Of a stretch of 51,477 bases of DNA, positions 29,309 to 39,945 are shown one piece after another (the stretch's first letter is position 1; every line of letters begins with the position of its first letter). The notes under the pieces were generated by a model, which did no database searches, was not told the origin of the DNA, and saw nothing but the letters and a program-made list of their open reading frames with translations. Position numbers and translations under genes: made by a program. Origin of the DNA: Actinomycetes bacterium. GTDB lineage: Bacteria; Actinomycetota; Actinomycetes; Nanopelagicales; Nanopelagicaceae. The DNA lies in contig JBFYOW010000001.1 in NCBI GenBank assembly GCA_041303595.1, positions 1 through 51,477 on the forward strand. The letters are read 5' to 3'.

Positions 29309-30112
29309 TTATGAGAAAAAGTAGTAGTTAGTCCAGGCGCCAGATGCAACTTGGCGAACATAGATGTCGGCAAATGCCACTGCAGCTAATGAGAACCATG
29401 CGAATTGCTGGTGCTTTGTATTAAGCACAGAGATCTTGGTCCATAATTTGTAGCGGAATGGGTGAGCAGAGAAGTGCTTTAAGCGTCCGCCAACTGTGTG
29501 ACGACATGTATGACAGGAAAGTGAATACATCCACAACATTGCAGCACTCAATGAAAGAACAATCGTTCCAACTGAGAGAGCGCCCCATTCGCCATCCTTA
29601 CCTTTGAAGGCGAGAATTGCATCGTAGGTAAGAATTACGTTAAAGACTAAACCTGCGTAGAAGAACCAACGGTGTGCGTTCTGCAAGATAAGAGGTGCAC
29701 GAGTTTCGCCGGTGTACTTGGTATGTGGCTCTGCAACTGCACATGCTGGTGGTGATAACCAGAACGCACGGTAATACGCCTTGCGGTAGTAGTAACAAGT
29801 CATACGGAAACCAAGTGGGAAGATCAAAATAATCAACGCTGGTGAGAGCGCGAATCCAAGAACCTGTGCGCTTACTGGAGTCCAACCAAAGAGAGTTGAT
29901 CCTTCAACGCATGCCTCAGATAAACATGGTGAATAGAAAGGTGAGATGAGGTGATCGACGTAATAGTTCTTGCCCTCAAATGCACGGAAGGTTGCGTAAA
30001 TTACGAAGGAGATAAGAACTCCAAATGTAATCGCTGGCTCTAACCACCACTTATCTGTTCTGAGTGTGCGCTCTTTAATCTTGGCGCGCGTTGGAGAAAA
30101 GACTCCGGACAT
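29309..30112 (-). CDS. Sdh1 membrane anchor (Rv0249c-like)
   Basis: RTLRTDKWW, SPFYSPC, FRMTCYYYRKAYYRAFW, SCHTCRH; first gene of the sdh operon. Confidence 0.85.
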   Translation of the reverse strand: MSGVFSPTRAKIKERTLRTDKWWLEPAITFGVLISFVIYATFRAFEGKNYYVDHLISPFYSPCLSEACVEGSTLFGWTPVSAQVLGFALSPALIILIFPLGFRMTCYYYRKAYYRAFWLSPPACAVAEPHTKYTGETRAPLILQNAHRWFFYAGLVFNVILTYDAILAFKGKDGEWGALSVGTIVLSLSAAMLWMYSLSCHTCRHTVGGRLKHFSAHPFRYKLWTKISVLNTKHQQFAWFSLAAVAFADIYVRQVASGAWTNYYFFS

Positions 30113-30241
30113 TGCGAACTCCCCTTGTAGGACACCTTTGGCCTATGTGCTGGCCAATTAATAGGTGTAAGTGTGCGCTTCTTGGCGCGAAGTATCTAGG
30201 TGGGAGGCCGCATATCGCTTATGAAGTCAGCCACAACATGC

Positions 30242-30279
30242 ACGAAACCCGCCTGCAGTGCATGCAGACGGGCTTCGTT
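30242..30279 (-). terminator. Stem-loop terminator after tRNA-Ser(TGA)
   Basis: Minus strand ACGAAGCCCGTCTGCA-TGCAC-TGCAGGCGGGTTTCGT. Confidence 0.7.
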
Positions 30280-30284
30280 TAGCG

Positions 30285-30367
30285 CGGAGGACGTGGGATT
30301 TGAACCCACGAGGCTTTCACCTGCCGGTTTTCAAGACCGGTGCACTCGGCCGCTATGCGAGTCCTCC
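30285..30367 (-). tRNA. tRNA-Ser(TGA), CCA not encoded
   Basis: Reverse complement GGAGGACTCGCATAGCGGCCGAGTGCACCGGT-CT-TGA-AA-ACCGG...GTGGGTTCAAATCCCACGTCCTCCG. Confidence 0.95.
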
Positions 30368-30405
30368 GTGGGAGAGGTTACTAGAGGGTGCGGGGTTTTC
30401 AAAAA

Positions 30406-31233
30406 TTAAGCGGTGGGTAGATCAAGCAAAGCTTCGATTGCGATGGCAACGCCATCTTCCTCGCATGGACCAGCGATGGACTTGGCATATTTCGCTCCAT
30501 CTGGGTGGCCTGATGCCATCGCATATGAGCGTCCTGCCCATTCGAGCATTGAGAAATCATTTGGATTATCGCCAAAGGTTACGCACTCATCAGCTGTGAT
30601 TCCAAGACGCGCGGCCATCTTCGCCAAAGTAGCGCCCTTTGAAACACCAAGGGCGGATATTTCTAGAAGTGAATCATGCGGGTTGGAGTGGGTAACAGTG
30701 ACTAGATCCTTTAACTCGCGCTCTGCAATGGCAAGCATCTCATCGGATGAGAGATTCTGTTGTGAACAACGTGCCAACATCTTCAAAGCAGGAGATTTTA
30801 GAACTTCCTCAATTGTATGGACGCCAATATTGTCGAGACCGACATCCCAACGTGGAATGTATGCCTTTTCACGGTGGAAGTAACTATGTGATTCGACTGC
30901 AAAGGAAACTTCAGGAATCGTTAGGCGTAGACGATTAACAGATTCAATCTGATCATCGACTGCAATCAACCATTCTTCTAATACGACATCTTCCATCAAG
31001 TCATACAACATCGCGCCATTGCCGCAGATCGCGTTGCCATAACCAAATGCTTCGCGAATCTCTGGCATCCAACGTGGTGGTCGCCCGGTGACGAAGAAAA
31101 TCTCAACTCCGAGTTCGCGCGCCTTACCAAATGCATTGAGAGTGCGCTGACTGATTGCTCCATCATGGGTAACGATGGTGCCATCGAGATCTGTTGCAAT
31201 TAACTTAGGGCGTAGGCCACTGATCTGGGTCAT
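30406..31233 (-). CDS. Cof-type HAD-IIB hydrolase
   Basis: [39 protein letters not shown]. Confidence 0.9.
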   Translation of the reverse strand: MTQISGLRPKLIATDLDGTIVTHDGAISQRTLNAFGKARELGVEIFFVTGRPPRWMPEIREAFGYGNAICGNGAMLYDLMEDVVLEEWLIAVDDQIESVNRLRLTIPEVSFAVESHSYFHREKAYIPRWDVGLDNIGVHTIEEVLKSPALKMLARCSQQNLSSDEMLAIAERELKDLVTVTHSNPHDSLLEISALGVSKGATLAKMAARLGITADECVTFGDNPNDFSMLEWAGRSYAMASGHPDGAKYAKSIAGPCEEDGVAIAIEALLDLPTA

Positions 31234-32498
31234 ACTAATTCGAGCTTCGCAGTGCCTAAAAATGGTTGAAGTGCAGCAGGAACATTGACAGTTCCATCTG
31301 CATTCTGGTGGTTCTCAAGAATTGCCACAATCATGCGTGGGATAGCAACGAGTGTGCCGTTAAGAGTTGCAATCGCTTTTGTGCCATCTGCATCCTTATA
31401 GCGAATATTGAGGCGACGAGCCTGGTACTCGGTGCAGTTAGAGGTACTTGTTACCTCGCGATAGGCACCTTGCGTTGGAATCCATGCTTCGATATCAAAT
31501 TTACGTGTGGCACTTGAGCCGAGATCGCCAGAAGCAACGTCAATCACTCGGTATGGAATCTCCATTGCGTTAAGGAAATCCTTCTCCCATTGCAGAAGGC
31601 GCTTGTGTTCTTCTTTAGCATCCTCTGGCTTGCAGAATGAGAACATCTCAACTTTGTCGAATTGGTGGACACGAATAATTCCACGAGTGTCTTTGCCATA
31701 AGTTCCAGCTTCACGGCGGAAGCATGATGAGTAACCGGCATAACGCATTGGCAACTTATCTGCTGGCAAAATTTCATCCATATGCATTGCTGCAAGTGGT
31801 ACTTCAGAAGTTCCTACGAGATAGACATCATCTTTCTCAATCCGATAGACATTCTCGGCAGCTTGTCCAAGAAAGCCCGTGCCCTCCATTGCGGATGGAT
31901 TTACAAGTACAGGTGGAATAACTGGTGTAAAGCCATTCTTGAGCGCTGATTGAATTGCATAGTTGACGAGAGCGAATTCGAGCATCGCTCCAGCGCCAGT
32001 TAAATAGTAAGAACGTGATCCTGCCACTTTGGCACCGCGCTCGGTATCGATTGCACCGAGCAATTTTCCGAGTTCGACATGGTCTTTTGGTTCAAAACCA
32101 TCTTTAGCAAAGTCGCGGGGGGTACCGATATGTTCGATAGTTACAAAATCTTCTTCGCCACCAATAGGCGCTTCTGTGTCGAGCAAGTTAGAAAGTTGCA
32201 TCACTAATTGCTTAGCCTGCTCTTCAACCTCGCCACGCTTTGCATCTGCAGCCTTAACTTTATCTGCCAACTCTTTTGCATTTGCGAGCAAGGCGGTCTT
32301 CTCGTCGCCCTTTGCCGCTCCTACGCTCTTTGAAAGAACGTTCTGTTCTTGGCGCAGTAGTTCAAACTCATTGATTGCAGCGCGTTTAATCTCATCGATG
32401 GCAATAATCTGATCTACGAGTTCAACGTTCTCGCCGCGTCCCTTTTGAGATGCACGAACTACATCTGGGTTTTCGCGCAAAAACTTGATATCAATCAT
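31230..32498 (-). CDS. serS: Serine--tRNA ligase
   Basis: [50 protein letters not shown] at 32498 overlaps the pheA stop. Confidence 0.97.
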   Translation of the reverse strand: MIDIKFLRENPDVVRASQKGRGENVELVDQIIAIDEIKRAAINEFELLRQEQNVLSKSVGAAKGDEKTALLANAKELADKVKAADAKRGEVEEQAKQLVMQLSNLLDTEAPIGGEEDFVTIEHIGTPRDFAKDGFEPKDHVELGKLLGAIDTERGAKVAGSRSYYLTGAGAMLEFALVNYAIQSALKNGFTPVIPPVLVNPSAMEGTGFLGQAAENVYRIEKDDVYLVGTSEVPLAAMHMDEILPADKLPMRYAGYSSCFRREAGTYGKDTRGIIRVHQFDKVEMFSFCKPEDAKEEHKRLLQWEKDFLNAMEIPYRVIDVASGDLGSSATRKFDIEAWIPTQGAYREVTSTSNCTEYQARRLNIRYKDADGTKAIATLNGTLVAIPRMIVAILENHQNADGTVNVPAALQPFLGTAKLELV

Positions 32499-33322
32499 CA
32501 ACGCACCTCTCGTGGGTATGAACCTAGGAATCTAATGTCATCGCATATTTCGCGAAGCTCTTCCATCGACTTAGCTACCGCCTCATCGTTGATATGGCCT
32601 TCGACATCAATGATGAAATGGTAGTGACCAAGTTCGCGACCTGTTGGACGTGACTGAATAAAGGTCAGATTTACCTCGTATTTTGCAAAAACGCTGAGGA
32701 TTTCAAGCAAAGCGCCGGCATGATCGATATCAATATAGACAACCAATGATGTTCGATCATGGCCTGTCGGTGCTGGAATAAAGCCTGGCTTTTGGGCAGC
32801 GATAAATCGTGTGACCGCGACTTGATTGTCACCAATTGCTGATGCCTTGATCTCAAGTCCGAAATTTTCGGCAGCTGCTGTTGATGCAATCGCCGCATCA
32901 AGTTGGCCTTTGGCAACCATCTCCGCCGCTGCCGCTGTTGAGTTTGTCGGAACAATCTCTGCATGTGGGTAGTGCGCAGATAAGTATGTACGGCACTGAG
33001 ACTCAGCGTGAGGATGGGTTCCGATTCGTTCAATCTTTGTTGTGCCAGCTTTGACCATCAAATCAAATGAGACCGGCAAAGTTACTTCTGCAGCAATAGT
33101 AAGAGGTACACCTGTTGCTAACTCATCCAAGGTACGAGCAACAACACCTTCAACTGAGTTTTCAATAGGGACTAGCGCATAATCAGCTTCGCCTTTACGA
33201 ACGGCATCGAGAGCTGCAGTGACATTGATATACGGAACTCGTGTGTCTGCATCAGTCGTAATTTTCTTGAGCGCGCCTTCGGTAAAGGTGCCGGCTGGCC
33301 CCAGGTAGGCGTATGTATGCAT
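32498..33322 (-). CDS. pheA: Prephenate dehydratase
   Basis: [21 protein letters not shown] motif, ACT domain (DHAGAL...NLTFIQSRP), FLGSYP. Confidence 0.93.
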   Translation of the reverse strand: MHTYAYLGPAGTFTEGALKKITTDADTRVPYINVTAALDAVRKGEADYALVPIENSVEGVVARTLDELATGVPLTIAAEVTLPVSFDLMVKAGTTKIERIGTHPHAESQCRTYLSAHYPHAEIVPTNSTAAAAEMVAKGQLDAAIASTAAAENFGLEIKASAIGDNQVAVTRFIAAQKPGFIPAPTGHDRTSLVVYIDIDHAGALLEILSVFAKYEVNLTFIQSRPTGRELGHYHFIIDVEGHINDEAVAKSMEELREICDDIRFLGSYPREVR

Positions 33323-33334
33323 TGGCTAAGGATA

Positions 33335-34021
33335 CTAAAGGAATGTACGTGCACGTGCCGGAGTATTTGTAATCACGATATCTACGCCTAAATCTCGACA
33401 TAGTTCAATATCTGAGCCGCTATCGACGGTCCAAACAGCAGTTGATTTTCCTAGCTGTTTAATCTTTGAGATCAGTGCTGGATTTTCACGCAATTCTTCG
33501 ATGCCTGGTGCAATTGAATTAGCAGATGTGAATCTTGCCTGAATCCATAAGCTCTTCTTTGAAAGCAAAAATGTAGTTGGTATATCTGAATCAAGTCGAT
33601 GTAATTTTTCTATTGCACCCCAACTAAATGACATCACTGAACAATTGATCTTCGAGAGAACTTTCCTATCGTTTAACTTCTCAACCAAAACTTCTTCTAC
33701 GCGATTGCCGCTGATCACAGGATGTTTCGTCTCAATTAAGACCCCGCGGCCAGAGTCGATTGCTATATCTAAGAATTCATCGAGAGTAAGAACCTGCGGA
33801 TATGCACGCTTTATCTCGGCAAACTTTAGCTCCGCGATAAGACCGTGATGGCCTGCGCGCTCGAGCATTGAGGCGTTGTGCCATAGAACAGGAACTTCAT
33901 CCCGACTTAATCGCAGATCGCACTCAAAGCCATCGGCACCTTGCGCCACGGCTCCGTGATAGGCAGCAGCGGTCATCTCTGGGAACTCTTCGCTGGCTCC
34001 GCGATGCGCATATATCTGCAT
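33335..34021 (-). CDS. Glycerophosphodiester phosphodiesterase
   Basis: IYAHRGAS..PEMT, GFECDLRLSRD, IETK, WTVD. Start re-called to ATG 34021 (TACCCT -10, leaderless). Confidence 0.88.
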   Translation of the reverse strand: MQIYAHRGASEEFPEMTAAAYHGAVAQGADGFECDLRLSRDEVPVLWHNASMLERAGHHGLIAELKFAEIKRAYPQVLTLDEFLDIAIDSGRGVLIETKHPVISGNRVEEVLVEKLNDRKVLSKINCSVMSFSWGAIEKLHRLDSDIPTTFLLSKKSLWIQARFTSANSIAPGIEELRENPALISKIKQLGKSTAVWTVDSGSDIELCRDLGVDIVITNTPARARTFL

Positions 34022-34081
34022 ACGGGTGAGGGTAGCAAATGTCCCTTCATTGAAATGACCTGCCACCGATACGATTAGAGC

Positions 34082-34858
34082 ATGAGCGCGCTCTACTTTG
34101 CTACCGCAGCTAAATCTGCAGTGGGCTTGGTGCGCGCTGGAAATGAAGATGCCGCTCTCACATCACGTTCTGTAATTGCAGTGGCGGATGGCATGGGTGG
34201 CCACGCTGCTGGTGAGGTTGCATCACGAATTGCAATTACTACTCTTGCAAAAGAATCTGAACTTTTTACTCAGAAGGATTTCGACCTTGAATCTGCAGAT
34301 GATCTCTATTCATCTTCAATCTCCTTAATTGATGCAACCATCGCTGAATATGCAATTGAGAACCCCGAACTCGCCGGAATGGGCACAACGCTCTCGGCTC
34401 TCTTTTTGCGAGAAGGTTCGGTCGCCGCAATACACATTGGTGATTCTCGTATCTATCGTCTGCGCGGAAATACTTTTGAACAGTTAACGACCGATCACAC
34501 CGTTATTCAGGAGCTCCTTGATCAAGGTGCAATCACCGAAGATGATGTGGCAACCCACCCTCAGCGCTCGGTTCTCACCCAGGTCTTGATGGGCGATGGG
34601 CGCAATCAGATTGCGCTATCTATATCTGAGGTCAAAATCGATGACCGTTTCCTCATCTGTAGTGATGGATTAACGGGCGCAATCGACGATAAGGAAATTA
34701 AAGCGATTTTGAAGAGTAAAGCTCGTGGAGCTGCCGTGGATTCATTGATTGAGGGCGCCTACGCGAATGGCGCTCCTGATAACGTCACCGTTATTGTTGC
34801 CGATGTATTAGGTAACGATATTCAAGAACCCCTCACCTTGTTAGGAGCAGCAAAATGA
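34082..34858 (+). CDS. pstP: PP2C/PPM-family Ser/Thr phosphatase, soluble
   Basis: GLVRAGNEDA, VADGMGGH, GMGTT, HIGDSR, CSDGL, GAPDNVT; no TM tail. Confidence 0.88.
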   Translation: MSALYFATAAKSAVGLVRAGNEDAALTSRSVIAVADGMGGHAAGEVASRIAITTLAKESELFTQKDFDLESADDLYSSSISLIDATIAEYAIENPELAGMGTTLSALFLREGSVAAIHIGDSRIYRLRGNTFEQLTTDHTVIQELLDQGAITEDDVATHPQRSVLTQVLMGDGRNQIALSISEVKIDDRFLICSDGLTGAIDDKEIKAILKSKARGAAVDSLIEGAYANGAPDNVTVIVADVLGNDIQEPLTLLGAAK

Positions 34859-36399
34859 TGTCAACGCTCCTCGGTGATCGTTACTTACTTGGCGAAATGA
34901 TTGGCACGGGCGGAATGGCCGATGTTTATATTGCGCAAGATCAGCGTTTATCGCGCCAGGTTGCAGTAAAAATTCTTCGGAGCGATCTTGCAAAAGATCC
35001 AGCATTCGTCACGCGTTTCCGTAAAGAGGCTAAAGCGGCGGCGGGGCTAAACCACCCAGGCATCGTCGCTGTTTACGATTCAGGTGAAGAACCTGCTCCA
35101 TATATCGTCATGGAACTGGTATCAGGCGAGACGCTTCGCCAATTAATTCATCAGGGAGAACGCATCTCACTTGATGATGCGCTATCAATCGTAGAACAAA
35201 CTCTTACTGCGCTCGAGTATTCACATCAACGCAATATTGTTCACCGAGATATCAAACCTGCAAATGTGATGATCACTAGCACTGGCGATGTAAAGGTGAT
35301 GGATTTCGGTATCGCTCGTGCGATGGATGATCTTGGTGCAACACTTACTAGCACTTGGAATGTCGTTGGAACGGCGCAATATCTTTCGCCAGAGCAAGCA
35401 GTTGGTGATTCCGCTGATGCGCGAAGTGATATCTATTCCACCGGTTGTTTATTATTTGAATTACTGACCGGCCAACCACCATTTACAGGTGAGACTCCAG
35501 TATCAATTGCTTACCAACACGTCTCTGGTGAAGTTCCGTCTGCGCGCGCAATACAGCCAGATTTACCTGCCGGCATTGACACAATTTTGAAGGTTGCACT
35601 TTCGAAGAAAGCTGAAGATCGTTATCAGAGTGCACAAGAGATGCTCGATGACTTGGTAAAGATTCATCAAGGCAAGGCAATCACAACAAAGGTCGCCACC
35701 AAACCTTTCTTTACCCGTCGCAGCGCCATTATCTACGGTGGCTCATTCTTTGTAGCGATTGCAATATCAATTACCGGTTTCCTCATGAGCGGTACCCAAT
35801 CCAGCGGCCCGCTTATTCCAAGCGTTGTGGGCTTAACTGAGGCCCAGGCTCGCGAACTCCTTGATGGTTATGTCATCACAATTAAACGAGCGCACGACGG
35901 CACAATTCCAAGAGACAGAATCGCCAGCCAAAGCCCCCTTGCAACAATGCAGGCACCGCTTGGAAGTTCAATTGTTCTGACAATCTCCGATGGTCCCGGT
36001 GATGCGATTGTTCCTGACGATTTACTAGGTATGTCTCTGATTGATGCGCGCGCATCTCTTACTGCCGTTGGACTTACTGTTACTCAGACTGTTGCCGCAC
36101 CATCAGATCAACCACAGGGAACTGTTCTTGAAGTTAGCCCACCAGTTGGTTCTGTAACTACAGCTGGCAGCGGAGTGATTCTGACGATTGCAAGTGGTGA
36201 GGTAGAAATTCCTAGCCTTATTGGTGTTGAAGCAATTCAAGCAAAGACAATGTTGATTCAAGCTGGATTCTTAATCAACGAGTTCTACGACTTCGATGCC
36301 AGTCAGGCGCTGGGTGTTGTTATTAGACAGGCACCCGACGCTGGCGCTACTCAGACAATTGGTAAGTCCGTAACAATTACAATTAATCGCGCGCCTTAG
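34855..36399 (+). CDS. pknB: Stk1/PknB-family Ser/Thr kinase with TM helix and PASTA domains
   Basis: IGTGGMADVY, VAVK, HRDIKPAN, VMDFGIAR, GTAQYLSPEQ; TM helix; three PASTA-like repeats. Confidence 0.92.
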   Translation: MMSTLLGDRYLLGEMIGTGGMADVYIAQDQRLSRQVAVKILRSDLAKDPAFVTRFRKEAKAAAGLNHPGIVAVYDSGEEPAPYIVMELVSGETLRQLIHQGERISLDDALSIVEQTLTALEYSHQRNIVHRDIKPANVMITSTGDVKVMDFGIARAMDDLGATLTSTWNVVGTAQYLSPEQAVGDSADARSDIYSTGCLLFELLTGQPPFTGETPVSIAYQHVSGEVPSARAIQPDLPAGIDTILKVALSKKAEDRYQSAQEMLDDLVKIHQGKAITTKVATKPFFTRRSAIIYGGSFFVAIAISITGFLMSGTQSSGPLIPSVVGLTEAQARELLDGYVITIKRAHDGTIPRDRIASQSPLATMQAPLGSSIVLTISDGPGDAIVPDDLLGMSLIDARASLTAVGLTVTQTVAAPSDQPQGTVLEVSPPVGSVTTAGSGVILTIASGEVEIPSLIGVEAIQAKTMLIQAGFLINEFYDFDASQALGVVIRQAPDAGATQTIGKSVTITINRAP

Positions 36400-37019
36400 C
36401 GGCTAATGACTGGAGATAAACCTTCGGCTTTTGCGAGCGCATCTTTATCTCCGCATTGAACTAAGAAGTTTGCCAACATCTTATGACCATGTTCTGTTAA
36501 CACTGATTCTGGATGGAATTGCACACCTTCGATAGGAAGTGTCTTATGTCGAAGTGACATGATTACTCCTGAATCTGTAGATCCAGTCACTTCTAAAACA
36601 TCGGGAACAGTATCGACTTCAACTGCCAGTGAGTGGTATCGAGTTGCCGTAAATGGTGTCGGTAACTTATCCATCACGCCCTTGCCATTGTGATGGACCA
36701 CCGAAGTTTTTCCGTGCAATAACTCTGGTGCACGAGAAACCGTTGCGCCAAATGCTTCAGCAATAGCTTGGTGGCCAAGGCAGACTCCAAAAAGCGGAAT
36801 CGAGTGCTCGGCGCAGTACTTAATCATCTCGATAGAGACGCCGGCCTTTTCTGGGGTGCCAGGTCCGGGAGAGATAAGGACTCCGTCATATTTGCCCGCC
36901 TCGGCTGCCTCGACCTGATCGTTACGCACAACAGTGCACTCCGCCCCCAACTGTGCGAGATATTGCACGATATTGAAGACAAAGGAGTCGTAGTTATCGA
37001 CGACAAGGATGCGAGCCAC
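36396..37019 (-). CDS. trpG: Glutamine amidotransferase, anthranilate/aminodeoxychorismate synthase component II
   Basis: VVDNYDSF, ISPGPG, GVCLGHQ, RYHSL, GVQFHPES. Start re-called to GTG 37019; canonical position next to pknB. Confidence 0.9.
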   Translation of the reverse strand: MARILVVDNYDSFVFNIVQYLAQLGAECTVVRNDQVEAAEAGKYDGVLISPGPGTPEKAGVSIEMIKYCAEHSIPLFGVCLGHQAIAEAFGATVSRAPELLHGKTSVVHHNGKGVMDKLPTPFTATRYHSLAVEVDTVPDVLEVTGSTDSGVIMSLRHKTLPIEGVQFHPESVLTEHGHKMLANFLVQCGDKDALAKAEGLSPVISR

Positions 37020-37047
37020 CCCCTTATTCTCCTGTAATCTAAGCCTC

Positions 37048-37311
37048 ATGCCAAAGTCGAAATTGCGTAAGAAGGTCCAAGAGAGCCACGCTCACGAAGA
37101 GCAGGTCCACGCTGTAGAAGCTCTACCAACAGAGAGCCCGCGTTGGCTCGCACCTGTCATGGTCGCTAATTTCCTCATCGGCCTTATCTGGATCGTCATC
37201 TTCTATGTAAGCCAGACCCGTTTTCCTATCTCCGGAATCGGCGCATGGAACATGATCGTCGGTTTCAGTTTTATCGCGGTTGGCTTCAGCCTCGCGACAA
37301 AGTGGCGCTAA
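37048..37311 (+). CDS. crgA: Cell division protein CrgA
   Basis: MPKSKLRKK, SPRWLAPVM, GLIWIVIFY, GAWN, TKWR; start ATG 37048. Confidence 0.92.
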   Translation: MPKSKLRKKVQESHAHEEQVHAVEALPTESPRWLAPVMVANFLIGLIWIVIFYVSQTRFPISGIGAWNMIVGFSFIAVGFSLATKWR

Positions 37312-37329
37312 GACACTTACGCTAGGGCT

Positions 37330-39378
37330 ATGTTCGTCATAGCCGCATTCTCATATCTACTTACCCTCTTTGCAGTTGGCCTCTTTGCGCTGCGTGTTCG
37401 CCAGTTAATCGCGATCTACAAGAAGCAGCAGCCGGACCCAACTCGATCTAATAATCGAGGTGCGCGCCTCTCAAATATGTTGAAGGAAGTTCTTGGCCAT
37501 ACCAAGATGCTCAACTTCACCGGCACAGGTATTGCTCACTGGTTTGTCATGGTTGGCTTTGGTGCACTCTTCGGAACTTTGGTCACCGCATATGGTCAAT
37601 TATTGAAACCAGATTTTGCGCTTCCAATCATTGGTCACTTTGTTGTGTACGAGCTCTTCTCTGAAGTTATTGCCGCTCTCACTGGTATCGGAATTGTTAC
37701 CCTCATAGGCATTCGCGTAGCAACACGTTTTCGTCATCAAGGTCGTACTTCACGCTTTGAAGGTTCCAATCAAGGCCGTGCTTACTATGTAGAAGCAACA
37801 ATTCTTGCAGTTGTCTTCTGTGTCTTTGCTCTTCGTGGATTAGAAGGAGCGCTTGCGCAGAAGGAAAGTTGGAACTGGCACTACGCAATCTCATGGCCAG
37901 CGGTCTCATTCTTCTCTTCGTGGTCAGTTGCATCGATTGAAAGCGCAATTGTTGTAGTCGCAGCGCTGAAGATTTTTGTCTCAATGCTCTGGTTTATCGT
38001 TATTGCATCTAACCTAACAATGGGTGTCGCTTGGCACCGCTTTTTGGCTTTCTTCAATATCTATTACAAGCGCAATATCGATCAGCCTTCACTTGGCGCG
38101 CTTCCTGAGATGCTCTCTAAGGGCAAGCCAGTGAACTTTGAAGATCCAGCAGAAGATGATGTCTTTGGCCTTGGAACACGTGGCGATATCTCGTGGAAGG
38201 GCTTGCTCGATATGACGAGCTGTACCGAGTGCGGTCGTTGCCAATCGCAATGCCCTGCTTGGCATACAGAGAAGCCGCTCTCACCAAAACTACTTATTAT
38301 GGCTATGCGTGATCACGCCATGGCGAAGGTTGTAGATACTGAGAATCTTGTCGGCGATAAGGCGCCAATCTCTATGGATGTGCTCTGGTCTTGTACATCA
38401 TGTGGCGCATGCGTTAATGAATGTCCGGTTGATATCGAACATGTTGATCACATCGTCAATATGCGACGTTTCCAAGTACTTGTTGAATCAGAATTTCCAA
38501 CTGAACTTGGAGGAACATTCCGCAATCTCGAGAAAGCTGGTAATCCTTGGGGTGCCAATAAGCAAGATCGTGAAGGCTGGATCGCTGAGTGTGATTTCCC
38601 GGTTCGAGTTGTTAGCGGTGAACTTCCAGAAGAAGTTGAGTATCTCTTCTGGGTTGGCTGCGCTGGCGCATATGAAGATCGTGCCAAGAAGACAACTAAG
38701 GCAGTGGCTGAACTTTTACACATGGCTGGGGTGAACTTCGCCGTTCTTGGAAAGCGCGAAACATGTACTGGAGATCCTGCACGTCGTGCTGGAAATGAAT
38801 TTCTTTATCAGATTCTCTCTGCTGAAAATATCGAAACCTTTAAAGAAACATTTGGTGATCGACCTAAGGGCAAGAAGAAGGTTGTCGTTACCTGCCCTCA
38901 CTGCTTTACAACTATCGGTCGTGACTATGCGCAGAGTGGTTATGAACTTGAGATGCTTCACCACACACAGCTTCTCAATACATTGGTGAAGGAAGGAAAG
39001 TTAAAGACTTCGCCACATAAGTCGGACCAGAAAATTACCTTCCATGATCCTTGTTACTTGGGTCGCCATAATCAAATCTATGCACCACCACGCGAACTAC
39101 TGGAAGCTTCCGGATGCGATGTTGAAGAGATGCCTCGCAATAAAGAGCGTTCATTCTGCTGCGGTGGCGGAGGTGGACGTATGTGGATGGAAGAGAACCT
39201 TGGTTCTCGCATCAACCTCAACCGGGTAGATGAAGCGATTGCTACTGGAGCACCTGAAGTTGCTGTCGCATGTCCGTTCTGCCGCATCATGGTCGGCGAT
39301 GGAATGACAGCACGTCAATCAGATGTAGAAGTCCTCGACGTTGCTCAAGTTCTCCTAAAAAACATTGATCGCTCTTAG
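37330..39378 (+). CDS. Membrane-bound Fe-S oxidoreductase (FadF/Rv0338c-like, HdrD-like CCG domains)
   Basis: N-terminal TM domain, CTECGRCQSQCP, CTSCGACVNECP, WVGC, TCPHC, HDPCYLGR, CCGGGGG, ACPFC. Confidence 0.88.
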   Translation: MFVIAAFSYLLTLFAVGLFALRVRQLIAIYKKQQPDPTRSNNRGARLSNMLKEVLGHTKMLNFTGTGIAHWFVMVGFGALFGTLVTAYGQLLKPDFALPIIGHFVVYELFSEVIAALTGIGIVTLIGIRVATRFRHQGRTSRFEGSNQGRAYYVEATILAVVFCVFALRGLEGALAQKESWNWHYAISWPAVSFFSSWSVASIESAIVVVAALKIFVSMLWFIVIASNLTMGVAWHRFLAFFNIYYKRNIDQPSLGALPEMLSKGKPVNFEDPAEDDVFGLGTRGDISWKGLLDMTSCTECGRCQSQCPAWHTEKPLSPKLLIMAMRDHAMAKVVDTENLVGDKAPISMDVLWSCTSCGACVNECPVDIEHVDHIVNMRRFQVLVESEFPTELGGTFRNLEKAGNPWGANKQDREGWIAECDFPVRVVSGELPEEVEYLFWVGCAGAYEDRAKKTTKAVAELLHMAGVNFAVLGKRETCTGDPARRAGNEFLYQILSAENIETFKETFGDRPKGKKKVVVTCPHCFTTIGRDYAQSGYELEMLHHTQLLNTLVKEGKLKTSPHKSDQKITFHDPCYLGRHNQIYAPPRELLEASGCDVEEMPRNKERSFCCGGGGGRMWMEENLGSRINLNRVDEAIATGAPEVAVACPFCRIMVGDGMTARQSDVEVLDVAQVLLKNIDRS

Positions 39379-39932
39379 CGCAACTTTTTAGAACTTAGCA
39401 GCGTCTTCGTCACCAAATAACCGGCGATAAGTCCACCTAGGTGGGCGCGCCAGTCGACCCCGCCGATGGTAAAACCAAGAGCAAAGTTGATCGCAACGAT
39501 TACATAGATGCTCTTTGCCTCAACGCCTACGTACTTTTCGGCTGCGATAAATGCACCAAAGAGGCCAAAGACGGCACCAGAGGCGCCAATTGAGTAACCG
39601 TATGGTGATAAGAAGTAGGAAGAGAGAAGTGATCCACCAAGAAGTGAGACCAAGAAGATAAGAAGAAAACGGTTGCGACCAAAGACATATTCAAGTGGTG
39701 TGCCCAACTGGTGGAGCAGCATCATGTTGAAAGCTAGATGGAATGGCAACGTGCTGGAGGTATCGTGCAAGAGCGCGACGGTAAATAGTCGGTACCACTC
39801 GTTTGAAGCAACAAGGTAATCAAAGTAAGGCAGCGCAAGAGTTTGAATGATTGATGAATCAATAAGCTCCCACAAATAGAAGGCGCAGATCACCGTAATC
39901 AATGCGATTACGGTGCTGCGCGGCTTCTTCAT
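39375..39932 (-). CDS. Rhomboid-family intramembrane serine protease
   Basis: EWYRLFT, HLAFNM, GASG, AHLGG; start re-called to ATG 39932. Confidence 0.9.
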   Translation of the reverse strand: MKKPRSTVIALITVICAFYLWELIDSSIIQTLALPYFDYLVASNEWYRLFTVALLHDTSSTLPFHLAFNMMLLHQLGTPLEYVFGRNRFLLIFLVSLLGGSLLSSYFLSPYGYSIGASGAVFGLFGAFIAAEKYVGVEAKSIYVIVAINFALGFTIGGVDWRAHLGGLIAGYLVTKTLLSSKKLR

Positions 39933-39945
39933 GAAATTACTGAGA

